A stretch of 64,000 bases of DNA from a virus: IMG/VR virus record IMGVR_UViG_3300042482_000679; one strand, written 5' to 3'. This document shows, piece by piece, positions 8,740-17,998 of the stretch. The notes under the pieces were generated by a model, which did not search any database, was not told the origin of the DNA, and saw nothing but the letters and a program-made list of their open reading frames with translations. The translations under genes and the position numbers were made by a program. The stretch's first letter is position 1. The number at the start of each line of letters is the position of its first letter.

Positions 8740-11700
8740 TTATAATAATTGAACTTTACCGATTACAACATCTGTTGTTATTTCTGTTGACCATACTGTC
8801 TTATTAGTATCCGAATTATTTTTCAAACCTAAAGACTTAATTAAATCTATTTGTGGTGGAACAGGTAATGTGTTTATAGTATATGTAAATAATCTACCTT
8901 TATTTATATCATTATATGGTGTGTAAATAACATATTTCTTTAACGGACCCGTTGCTAATCCATCCAAGAAAGTAGTTGCCGCATTATTTTCGTAATTGTA
9001 AATTGTCTTAATTGGTGTTTCGCTTGAGGGTCTTGGTCCTATCCAATAAGCGTCAAATTGTTCCCCAAAGTTAGTCGCCTGATTTCCAATAATAGTTGGA
9101 TTGTTTAATATGTTAGCAATTAACGCATCTTTAAATGATTGATATAAATTAGAATCAGTAACATCTTTATTCAAAATAAAATACTGTCTTCTGTTAGAAT
9201 CATTCTCCCAAAATTCAGGGTATTTTAACAATGTTATTGGTTCAAAAACCGAACCACTATCATAGTTTTCAGTATCACCAACAGATGGTATTAAAGATGA
9301 TTCATATTGTTGATTATCAAACGTAAACTCTTCAGTATTTTCAATATCAAGTGTGAATTGGAAAAGACTGTCGGTTATTGTTGTCAAATCATCAGTTAAT
9401 TCATTGTAAGTAGATTTTGTCGCCCCCGCATAATTTGCAGATACTTTATCCGTACCTTCTATCTCATAAACAACAATGTTACCATTAGACTCTTTAAATC
9501 CATCAGTACCATCTTTTAAGTTAGGGTATGTAATAACATTAGTCCTATTTAATTGTTGGATGTAAGAAGTTTGTGTGTTAACTAATTCGTTAATTATTGA
9601 TGTTAAAGCATTTTGGAAACCACTTTGTTTATTTCTAATAAAACTAATATAATTCTCTTTCAATTGCCTAATTGATTTGTTAGAGAAGTTTTTGGTTGGA
9701 TTACTCATCCAAAGCATAAACCCTTCAAGATTATCATCAATATCATTTATAAATTTAGAGAAAACAGAATCAACTGATTGTTGGATTGTTGATGGTTTAC
9801 CAAAGATATACTTTTGTTCAATATTGTAATAAAAATCTCCATATTGATAATTTCTATTGTAAGCAATAATTTGTCTAACAGCATTATTATATTGTTTCAA
9901 AATATCCTTATTTTTATTTAATACTGTTGTAAAATAATTTTGTGTTGACCCAACAAACTGCGTCATAAATTGTTGATAATCAATTGTACCTGTCGTCTCA
10001 TTTTCACCAATTTCGGTTGTTAAAACTTTACCAATAGTCTCAGCGTTTGACTCAGTTTGTTCATCTTCAGTATCAGTTACTACAGGTGGTGGAACTTCAA
10101 TACCTAAGTTTTTGATAAACTGTTGGTCTAAAATTTTATAACTATCATCAGTGGCGTCTGCTCTGTCGTCATAAATTTCAGTATTAGCGTAGAAGTTAAA
10201 TGACAACGCATTTTGTAATTTATCAACCGCCGTTTTTAATCCTTGTCCACCAACAAAATTGAATGATAATTGAATTTTAGCAATCATAGGTTGGACACCA
10301 ATACCTTCAGGATTTAAATCTAATTGCTCATATGAAATACCTAAAGAATTTGGTATAATTTTAGAATGGTAGAAATCCCCAACTCTTAATATTAAGACAG
10401 GTGGCGCGCCAAACGCAGTGTTTACAGCATTATTGTATTCTAACGATGATGACCCGTCAGTAGCGTTTTTAACCGTAGGTATTGTATCACCAGGTCTCAT
10501 ACACTGTTGTAAGAATGTTAGTCTACCGTTTAAACCTTCAGGTGTTATTGAATGGAATGCAGGGTGAAAGAATTTTAATTTATCTCTAAGGTTGTCATAA
10601 ACCATAGGGGTTTCTTGTCTAATCAATTCAAAATAGTCACACTCAGATAATAATTTTCTTAAAACTCTTTTAGTGATATTATCTCTAAGACTTGTTGTTG
10701 TTTCAACAACTTGTTCTACAGTTGTTTTGGTTGAAACCTCTGTTGATATCTGTGATTGATATTTTGGTGATGATTGGTCAATAATTGGTGGTGTTTTTGG
10801 TACACTTGGGATATTGACATTAAGATTGAATTTAACCCTTCTACAAGACATCGCATTTACACTATAGATGGCTTCAGGTCTTGATAATCTATCAGCATCC
10901 AAATTAGCACAATTAAATGTCTCAAATTTCATATTATTTTGACCAACAGGTTGTACAGTTGTATTTTCACCTTTCGGTATTAATACTAAAGTTAATTGTT
11001 TTGTTACGTCAATAGCATTTGCCAATTGTCCAATAGAACGGATGTATTGAACAACAGAATCCAATCTTCTTTGGGATAGAGCGTCGTTATAATTTACGGT
11101 TTGTGGTTTTGACGCACTACCTTCTAATATTAACTCAACTTTTGCGTCAGGATTAATTTTTAAAGTTTCATCTAACTTATACAACATCTCCTGTAGTTTA
11201 TTCTTATTAAACTCAATAACACTTGGGAAGAAGTTGTTTACCGCAGATGGGTTGGCACTATCTCTGTCATAAATTGCTCTCGTATTAGCGTTTGTATAAA
11301 CAGAATAATAACTAGTATAATTTTCAACAGTTTGGTCTTTAAGTGGGTAATCGTTTTCAAAATACAAACCATAATTGTTAAAACTTTCCAAGTAAGTTTT
11401 AGTTTGGTCCGTATTGTTTGCCGTTTGTGACCCAATATTAGTATTACCACCACCAGGAGTTCCATTCGCCCCTGTTGACCCATCACCTGTTTGTACCGTA
11501 TTAACAAGATATCTTATCTCTTCAGTTGTAACATTTTTACTTTGGATTTTTTGTTGAATTTCAAATAAATCTTGTGTGTTGAATTGGTAGTATTTTTCAG
11601 CCAACTCATATAAGTCATATTTTTTACAACCTGCAAAGAACGAATCTAACAACCCTTGAACTCTTTCTCTTGACTGTTCATTAGCTAATACTCGATTAAC

Positions 11701-13806
11701 AATTAAGTTTAACACTGATGGGTGGTCGACAACAATTTGCCATTGTAGACTTCCAGTTCTTGATGTGTTGTTATATGTGTATACAGGTTCTACTCTACCA
11801 ATAAAGTCAGTTGGTTTAAAGTTGGCTTGTACTTGCTCACTAAACTCTAAACCATAAGGTGGGAACCACATAACTCGACCACCATTAGGTCCTCTCTCAC
11901 ACACAGGTAAATCTTGAACACTTAAACCAGGTCTGTTTGATGTTCTCCAAGCTAAGTTTTCAATAGAGAACATATATTTTTTAGCACCTTCAGGTGTGAT
12001 ATTTGTAGAGTCATTACCCTTCATTGGAGCAATGTTTAAGTTGTATGTATTGTCTAAAACAGAGTATGCAAACTTTCTACCTGAGGTTGTAATACCATCT
12101 TGTTTTTGTAAATCATTGTATTGTAAATAAGGAGTATCTTTTTGGAAAACTCTACAATATTCCGCACCTCTTTCTTGTCCAGTTGCGCCAACATATCTAA
12201 TAACTCTTGAACCTTTTGTAAGTTCTTTGTAACCATCATTAAAGACTTTAGATACTTGGTCAATAGCGTTTCCTACGTGTTGTAGTCTTCTACCACCTCT
12301 TGGTTGGGAATCAATAAGTCTTTGAGTTTGGTCTAAAATAGAACCATCCCTAAAATCATTATTAGTTGATTCTGTGTTCTGATAACCTAATGACGGGAAG
12401 TCAGGGTCATCAGCAATTATTTCACCACCTATACCAACTTTTTTACCAGCGTTACCTCTATACTTAGGTGACACCCAAGTAAATCCTCCTAATATATCAC
12501 CACCACTACTGTATGTCGGTCCGTTAGCCCCCAACTTAACAGCCTTACTCGGTCCTTCATATAACTGAGCGAGTTCTTGTGGACCATATACAGGTGCAGA
12601 TATTTCTCTACCAAATTGGTCAACAGGTAAATCACCAGATGGTGAAAAAATATCACCAGGTTCAGACTTAGGTGAACCAATATAATAATTCGAATCATCT
12701 TCTGTTCCACCAACTAAACCACCTCTTAACCTATCAAAGAATGTTCTGTTGTATCCTGGCTTATATCTGTTGTAATCTAAATTACCAAATAATAAATTTT
12801 TTGTTCCTGTTCCTGTATTTTCTAAAAACAACACTGAACCCGATTTAGGTGACCCTAATAATCTACCAAAAAATCTACCTAAACCTGAAAATAAATTAGC
12901 TTGGGAATATGCCCCCGCCAATTGTTGTGTTGTAAACCCTTGTTTAGAATTAATTGATGGGTCCCAATATGAACCAGGTATAATTGAGTATGGGGCATAA
13001 GTCCCTGAAATCCTAGCAATAAAATCGGCCGCAGCACCTAAAACAGTTCCACCAACAGTAATTTTGTATACAGGTTCTAATATGGGTGTTCTACCCATTA
13101 TTATATTCAATATACCTGTACCACCAGCAGCATTTAATATGTTTATACGGTCTAAAGTATTTTGTCTAATACCATCAGCAATTCGTTGTTCAAAACCATC
13201 TTTAAGTCTACGAGCACCTAATTGTGCAATAAACGAGTCTTGACTCAACAACCCATCACTACCTTGTGGGTCATTTCTTAAAAGGATTGAAGATGGTGAG
13301 TAAAAAGACGAAACAAATGTTGGGTATGGTTGATTGTTATAATACTTTTGTCCAGCTAAACTTGGGCTAACCGTATCAAAACTATCAAAAAACGGAGCAG
13401 AATCTAAAACCGCGTTTGAATTATTACCAAAAACATTTAATGGTTTCCAAGCAGGTGCAACACCGGGAAATCCTACCTGAGCAGCTTGTGGTCCTTCATC
13501 AACTAAATCAGCATCTTGGAATCCATATTCACCCTCATTTGAATTAGTATTGTTTAAGGTATTTGGATTGGCAACTTGTGTATAACCCCCATCAGCACCA
13601 TATTGATTTAATGGATATAAATCGTTTGCAAAAACAGGAGTATCAATTAAAGCATCGTTACTATCTACGGGTGATAAGTCTCTTTGTATAACTTCATAGT
13701 TCTGTGGAGGACTAAAAGCATAAGACTTTTTATATGGCACGAGATTCCTTACTACTAATTTTTTTCTAAAAACTTCTGAGCTAGGAAAATCTAATGGACT
13801 TGGCAT
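8740..13806 (-). CDS. Large baseplate/tube-initiator-like protein with internal OmpA-C-like domain
   Basis: 1688 aa, between tape measure and wedge. FIGRVEPVYTYNNTSRTGSLQWQI and PPVLILRVGDFY..SL.ISY segments resemble tube-initiator folds. LYFEND...LEGSAS...YNDALSQRR...CRRV is an OmpA-like signature. Confidence 0.55.
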   Translation of the reverse strand: MPSPLDFPSSEVFRKKLVVRNLVPYKKSYAFSPPQNYEVIQRDLSPVDSNDALIDTPVFANDLYPLNQYGADGGYTQVANPNTLNNTNSNEGEYGFQDADLVDEGPQAAQVGFPGVAPAWKPLNVFGNNSNAVLDSAPFFDSFDTVSPSLAGQKYYNNQPYPTFVSSFYSPSSILLRNDPQGSDGLLSQDSFIAQLGARRLKDGFEQRIADGIRQNTLDRINILNAAGGTGILNIIMGRTPILEPVYKITVGGTVLGAAADFIARISGTYAPYSIIPGSYWDPSINSKQGFTTQQLAGAYSQANLFSGLGRFFGRLLGSPKSGSVLFLENTGTGTKNLLFGNLDYNRYKPGYNRTFFDRLRGGLVGGTEDDSNYYIGSPKSEPGDIFSPSGDLPVDQFGREISAPVYGPQELAQLYEGPSKAVKLGANGPTYSSGGDILGGFTWVSPKYRGNAGKKVGIGGEIIADDPDFPSLGYQNTESTNNDFRDGSILDQTQRLIDSQPRGGRRLQHVGNAIDQVSKVFNDGYKELTKGSRVIRYVGATGQERGAEYCRVFQKDTPYLQYNDLQKQDGITTSGRKFAYSVLDNTYNLNIAPMKGNDSTNITPEGAKKYMFSIENLAWRTSNRPGLSVQDLPVCERGPNGGRVMWFPPYGLEFSEQVQANFKPTDFIGRVEPVYTYNNTSRTGSLQWQIVVDHPSVLNLIVNRVLANEQSRERVQGLLDSFFAGCKKYDLYELAEKYYQFNTQDLFEIQQKIQSKNVTTEEIRYLVNTVQTGDGSTGANGTPGGGNTNIGSQTANNTDQTKTYLESFNNYGLYFENDYPLKDQTVENYTSYYSVYTNANTRAIYDRDSANPSAVNNFFPSVIEFNKNKLQEMLYKLDETLKINPDAKVELILEGSASKPQTVNYNDALSQRRLDSVVQYIRSIGQLANAIDVTKQLTLVLIPKGENTTVQPVGQNNMKFETFNCANLDADRLSRPEAIYSVNAMSCRRVKFNLNVNIPSVPKTPPIIDQSSPKYQSQISTEVSTKTTVEQVVETTTSLRDNITKRVLRKLLSECDYFELIRQETPMVYDNLRDKLKFFHPAFHSITPEGLNGRLTFLQQCMRPGDTIPTVKNATDGSSSLEYNNAVNTAFGAPPVLILRVGDFYHSKIIPNSLGISYEQLDLNPEGIGVQPMIAKIQLSFNFVGGQGLKTAVDKLQNALSFNFYANTEIYDDRADATDDSYKILDQQFIKNLGIEVPPPVVTDTEDEQTESNAETIGKVLTTEIGENETTGTIDYQQFMTQFVGSTQNYFTTVLNKNKDILKQYNNAVRQIIAYNRNYQYGDFYYNIEQKYIFGKPSTIQQSVDSVFSKFINDIDDNLEGFMLWMSNPTKNFSNKSIRQLKENYISFIRNKQSGFQNALTSIINELVNTQTSYIQQLNRTNVITYPNLKDGTDGFKESNGNIVVYEIEGTDKVSANYAGATKSTYNELTDDLTTITDSLFQFTLDIENTEEFTFDNQQYESSLIPSVGDTENYDSGSVFEPITLLKYPEFWENDSNRRQYFILNKDVTDSNLYQSFKDALIANILNNPTIIGNQATNFGEQFDAYWIGPRPSSETPIKTIYNYENNAATTFLDGLATGPLKKYVIYTPYNDINKGRLFTYTINTLPVPPQIDLIKSLGLKNNSDTNKTVWSTEITTDVVIGKVQLL

Positions 13807-13843
13807 CTTATTTTATTTAATAAATAGAAACTATACTATTTTT

Positions 13844-15526
13844 TTATTGGTTTTTAACAATCGCTCTATTACCACTTTCAATAACTTGTTGGTAGATTTT
13901 GTTTTTAAACTCTGTTGAGTTTAGTATATCTTCAAATTCTTTTCTTGTCATTCCTGGAGATGTTTCAACTTGAAACTTAACAGTACCATTCATAGACACA
14001 TCTTGTTGGATTTTAACATTTTTTTCCTTCAATCCAACACTATCCTGTATCATTTTAATAGTTTTATTATACATTCCTTCAATCTCACTCTTAGGTTTGT
14101 TATCTCCCAAGTTAGCTAAGAATGTTTTCATCATTTCAGCTGACTTATCTTTAGTACCTTCATAAGCACTTTCAATAGCACTTAACGCTTCATCGATACT
14201 TTTAGCGTCTTTTTTCTGAGCCGCGTTATAAACCAAAGACCTAATATCATCACCGACACCTTCAAACATTTTTCTAATGTCTTGGGAACTACCCATAGCA
14301 CTAAAAGACGCCCCTTGCACGTCTTCTCCAACTCTTCTAAAACCTTCTAAGTTTCTAAATACTGAGGTTTGTCCAACAAGAGAAGCTGCTAATCCATCTG
14401 CCATAGATTTCAAATAATTAGTTTGAAGTTCGTCAAAAGATAATTGTTTTAAGGCGATTTCCTCCATAGTTTTTGGAGTATCTTCTTGTTGTTTTACAAG
14501 TTTTTCAAACTGTCCCTGAGATAGTTCTGAAAGTTTCTTATATCCTTCCTCATCAGATACTTTAACAATATATTCACCACCCTCATCTCTTTTAGCTAAA
14601 TTAGCGACTAAAGTCTTATCTTCATCAGATGCGTCAATACTAAAACTTATATCAGCTAAACGAGTATCTAAATCTAACGCAGCAATTGCAGCTTTTTTCA
14701 AGTTTTCTGCCCCCAATCCAGTTTCTTGACCAATTTCCTTTAACATTCTTAACCCATATGGATTAATTTCAAATCTCTGCGTTTCTTCGTTGAACTGAGC
14801 ATATGTTTTGGCCATATTGATAATACTATCTTGTAGTTTACCAGGGTCATTAATCGAAGCATCCATTAATGCAAACGGGTCAACCAAAGTCCCCATTGTT
14901 ACACCAAGTCTTTGAAATGTTGACGCCATTTTTATTGCCCCCTCAGGGTCCATAACTGAGTCCGCGAATTCAGCCGTCTTATTCATATCATACCTCAACA
15001 TAGACGCTTGAGCCGCCATTTTTGTTAAACCCATAACACCATCTTGGAAATTAAATCGGTTCATCATATCCATATTCTCTACAACGTCCTTCATAATTTC
15101 CCTAGCATTTAACCCTAAACTTTGGATATAACTTATACTATCAACGGTTCGTTCAGCGATTAAAGACGCTTCCATACCAGCTTTACCAAAAGATTCTGTA
15201 AGGTTTTGAACTTCTGTATCAAGGTATTTACCAGCGGCATAAAGTTCTGTGATTGTTTCGGTAGTGGCAATCATATTTCTTCGAGACCCTTCAGCGACTT
15301 GGGCAATTACCCTACCAGCATCAGCTGCGGTACCACCAAGTCTTGTAACCTCTCTTACACTATCAGCAACACTTGTCGAAAACTCTGTAACCCTTGTTCT
15401 TGATTCACCAAAAGCGTTATTGGTTTTTGTAACAGCATCACTAATTTGGTTGAAAATATCAGCGGAAGTTTTTAAAGGTTTAAAAAACTTTTCTAAATTT
15501 TCAAATAATTCATCCATTTGACCCAT
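13844..15526 (-). CDS. Tape-measure-like protein
   Basis: 560 aa, Ala/Met/Gln-rich and helical-looking; canonical position after tube and chaperones. Confidence 0.55.
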   Translation of the reverse strand: MGQMDELFENLEKFFKPLKTSADIFNQISDAVTKTNNAFGESRTRVTEFSTSVADSVREVTRLGGTAADAGRVIAQVAEGSRRNMIATTETITELYAAGKYLDTEVQNLTESFGKAGMEASLIAERTVDSISYIQSLGLNAREIMKDVVENMDMMNRFNFQDGVMGLTKMAAQASMLRYDMNKTAEFADSVMDPEGAIKMASTFQRLGVTMGTLVDPFALMDASINDPGKLQDSIINMAKTYAQFNEETQRFEINPYGLRMLKEIGQETGLGAENLKKAAIAALDLDTRLADISFSIDASDEDKTLVANLAKRDEGGEYIVKVSDEEGYKKLSELSQGQFEKLVKQQEDTPKTMEEIALKQLSFDELQTNYLKSMADGLAASLVGQTSVFRNLEGFRRVGEDVQGASFSAMGSSQDIRKMFEGVGDDIRSLVYNAAQKKDAKSIDEALSAIESAYEGTKDKSAEMMKTFLANLGDNKPKSEIEGMYNKTIKMIQDSVGLKEKNVKIQQDVSMNGTVKFQVETSPGMTRKEFEDILNSTEFKNKIYQQVIESGNRAIVKNQ

Positions 15527-15564
15527 AGCGATTCTTTTTTTCTATAAATAGGACTACTTTGATT

Positions 15565-15744
15565 TTATGGTTTTTGATTATCCTCAATCCACTTATTTAA
15601 AAGATATTTTCTGTAAAAAATGGGCATAGACAAAAACTCCCCCCATCCTATATGAAGAAGTTTTGCCATATAATAAAATTCGTCTAATTGAGTTTGCCTA
15701 TGTTCAGAAGAAAGGGCGAAAAAATTCAACCCCAAACCCAACAT
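15565..15744 (-). CDS. gp51-like small tail/hub assembly ORF (+1 frame relative to the upstream gene; possible frameshift extension)
   Basis: Absent from the ORF track. Reads (MLGLGLN)FFALSSEHRQTQLDEFYYMAKLLHIGWGEFLSMPIFYRKYLLNKWIEDNQKP*; the MP..R..L motif is gp51/GT-like. Possible ATGs at 15744 and 15669. Confidence 0.65.
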   Translation of the reverse strand: MLGLGLNFFALSSEHRQTQLDEFYYMAKLLHIGWGEFLSMPIFYRKYLLNKWIEDNQKP

Positions 15745-16444
15745 TCACTGTGAGCTTTTCTCCTGACGGGGCTATAACGACGCGACTTAAGTCTAATTTG
15801 GGTTCATTGTCATCCATAAATTTCTTTATGAATTTTGAGTCTGCTAAAGGCATTTGTTCTGAGAACTTAGCAATTTCACCTTTATCAGTATTTCCATCCA
15901 CTGAGACAATTTCTCTTTGGAGTCTTAAAGTTCTTCTTGGTGCGATTCTACCTTGGGGGTATGTATTTAACTGATTTGTTAATTCGATTGATTGTCCGAA
16001 TGTAAGTGGTCTTAATTTAACATTTTTTCCTGACATTGGTAACATAACGGTCCAAGTTCCATCTTCATCGGGAGACTTTCCTTTATTGATATCCAATTCA
16101 CTCAAATCAACATTTGTTTTGAATGGGTTACCTGTTTTTGGGTCAGTTACCGTAATTTCCATATCAGAACCAAAAGATGTATTACGTAAGAAAATTAAAA
16201 TCGCTTCAACATCACCTTCCATTAATTCTTCAGGTCTAAGACCTGGTTCATAAATTTTGGCTCTTAATAGATTCAATGTCATATCTCTACCACCAGCCAT
16301 AAGAATATTTTCATCTGCAGCTGTTAGGTATCCGACTTTTACACTGTCTTTTTTATTTTTGTAAAAAATTCCTTTTGATGGTAGCGGTACCACATCGTGT
16401 GGTAATGAAAATTCCATCTGTCCATATTGTGCTGATTCATCCAT
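15704..16444 (-). CDS. T4 gp26-like baseplate hub / tail assembly chaperone
   Basis: LPSKG..Y, LTAADE.IL, GDVEAILIFLR..SFG, LPMSGK.V.LRPLT motifs and C-terminal FFRPFF; lies directly after the tail tube gene. Confidence 0.75.
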   Translation of the reverse strand: MDESAQYGQMEFSLPHDVVPLPSKGIFYKNKKDSVKVGYLTAADENILMAGGRDMTLNLLRAKIYEPGLRPEELMEGDVEAILIFLRNTSFGSDMEITVTDPKTGNPFKTNVDLSELDINKGKSPDEDGTWTVMLPMSGKNVKLRPLTFGQSIELTNQLNTYPQGRIAPRRTLRLQREIVSVDGNTDKGEIAKFSEQMPLADSKFIKKFMDDNEPKLDLSRVVIAPSGEKLTVNVGFGVEFFRPFF

Positions 16445-16476
16445 AATAAAAAACCGTAGAGTTTAGCTCTACGGTT
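16445..16476 (-). terminator. Terminator hairpin after tail tube gene, abutting the gp26-like start codon
   Basis: Perfect 10-bp stem AACCGTAGAG/CTCTACGGTT (16452-16476) followed by TTTTATT on the minus strand. Confidence 0.7.
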
Positions 16477-16511
16477 AAATATAAATTGAAAAAAAAGTAA
16501 ATAAACAATTC

Positions 16512-17000
16512 TTAATAAATTAACACACAACGGTCCATTCTAAGTGTTGTTGCAATGGTTGCTAATCCATCCTGACTGTAATTCAACTGGTTAAAGTTAA
16601 CATCACTTAAGAATGTTCCATATAATATCCATTTTTCTACTACAACACCTGTTGGGTCTAACATCTCAAGGTCGACATCTTTTTTGTAACCCGCAGCATA
16701 ACCCATACGACCAGTTACTGATTCCGCACATAAACGAACCCATTCCATCATAGCTTGTGCGGCTGAAGGTCCAATTGGGTCACGGAATGTTACCGGAATT
16801 GTCTGCCAGTTAAATCTACCCGCAACGAATGTAGATGTATTTAAAAACGGTATTTCAACCGGATTAATTGTAATGTGTGGTCGAGCAGCGCTCTCAACAA
16901 ACCATTCGTTGATACCCAAAGATGATGGGAACCTTAGAATGAATCGGTTCATTCTTTTAGGTTCGTAAGGTATCGGCATTTTCATTAATAAATCAGCCAT
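16512..17000 (-). CDS. Tail tube protein (gp19-like)
   Basis: EPKRMNRF, GRFNWQTIPVTFRDPI, YKKDVDLEMLDPTGVVVEKWILYG motifs of myovirus tube proteins. Confidence 0.9.
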   Translation of the reverse strand: MADLLMKMPIPYEPKRMNRFILRFPSSLGINEWFVESAARPHITINPVEIPFLNTSTFVAGRFNWQTIPVTFRDPIGPSAAQAMMEWVRLCAESVTGRMGYAAGYKKDVDLEMLDPTGVVVEKWILYGTFLSDVNFNQLNYSQDGLATIATTLRMDRCVLIY

Positions 17001-17126
17001 TGTTCTTTGTTTCTTTTACTTTGTTAATTTATCTATAAATATACAATTTGTAGTTTTTTTACCTATTGACTTTTAAAGGTTAATTTTCTACTATTGCATT
17101 GTATCTAGTTCTAGTTTCCAGTTTAT

Positions 17127-17951
17127 TTAATATTGCTTTTTAATTCCTCCAGCTGTTGAATAAGTAGTTAATCCTTCTTCTTTGTCTTTAAAATATCCTT
17201 TAATTGCTTCTAGGTTTTTTAAATCATCATCGGAAAACCCTATTTTAGGTTCAGCAGGAATAAATTTATTTGCAATGTCTTTTTTGAGGGTCGCCCTACC
17301 TTTAAGTAAAGAAGCCATCGATTTAATATAATAAATAAAATCTTCTAAAGCTTTTATTTTTGCTTGTTCAGGGTTTTGAGCTCCTGACGCATCACCAAAA
17401 CTTACAGGGTTATAACGATTCATTTCTAAATATGAACGTATAAGTTGTGTATCAGTCATTTTTTCTTCACCCGCAAACTCACGATATTTTCTTAAGTTCT
17501 TTAAAAGTTTTTCCTTATCTATACCCTGATAATTGTTTATGATGTAGTTGAAAACTCCCTCTTTAATTGTGTTCGGGTTATGACCTCTTGCGGTGATTAT
17601 CGCAAAAATGGACCCGTTGTTAACCGCTTCTACAAAGTCATCCCAAGCAGGACCTGGTTTAGCTCTCATAGCATCTATTAAAAACTGTCCATCACCAGGT
17701 GTTCTGAAGTTTCTAAATGGGTCATCAGAAAATCCTACAATAGTCTCACCCTTGTAATCGAATTTTTCTTTTCCTATTTTACTTCTGTATTCGGCGAAAT
17801 CATCTGTAGACATTTCTACATCATCACCATCTTCACTCTGTAAAATAATTTTAGTTGGCATATGGACAATGTTATCATCCCAGTCAAAAGCGTAATACTT
17901 AAGGTCTGGTGTCCCGTGTTTTGATATACCTTCTTTAAATTCTCTTTTCAT
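17127..17951 (-). CDS. HAD-superfamily phosphatase-like protein
   Basis: FDWDDNI (motif I), ITARGH (motif II), GFSDDD (motif IV). ATG 17951 preferred because the upstream codons lie within a hairpin. Confidence 0.65.
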   Translation of the reverse strand: MKREFKEGISKHGTPDLKYYAFDWDDNIVHMPTKIILQSEDGDDVEMSTDDFAEYRSKIGKEKFDYKGETIVGFSDDPFRNFRTPGDGQFLIDAMRAKPGPAWDDFVEAVNNGSIFAIITARGHNPNTIKEGVFNYIINNYQGIDKEKLLKNLRKYREFAGEEKMTDTQLIRSYLEMNRYNPVSFGDASGAQNPEQAKIKALEDFIYYIKSMASLLKGRATLKKDIANKFIPAEPKIGFSDDDLKNLEAIKGYFKDKEEGLTTYSTAGGIKKQY

Positions 17952-17956
17952 ATTGG

Positions 17957-17983
17957 CAAAAAGTGGGGTGATTAACCCCACTT
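17957..17983 (-). terminator. Hairpin/terminator after tail sheath gene
   Basis: AAGTGGGG-TTAATCA-CCCCACTT followed by TTTG on the minus strand. Confidence 0.6.
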
Positions 17984-17998
17984 ATAATTAGTAGTTTA

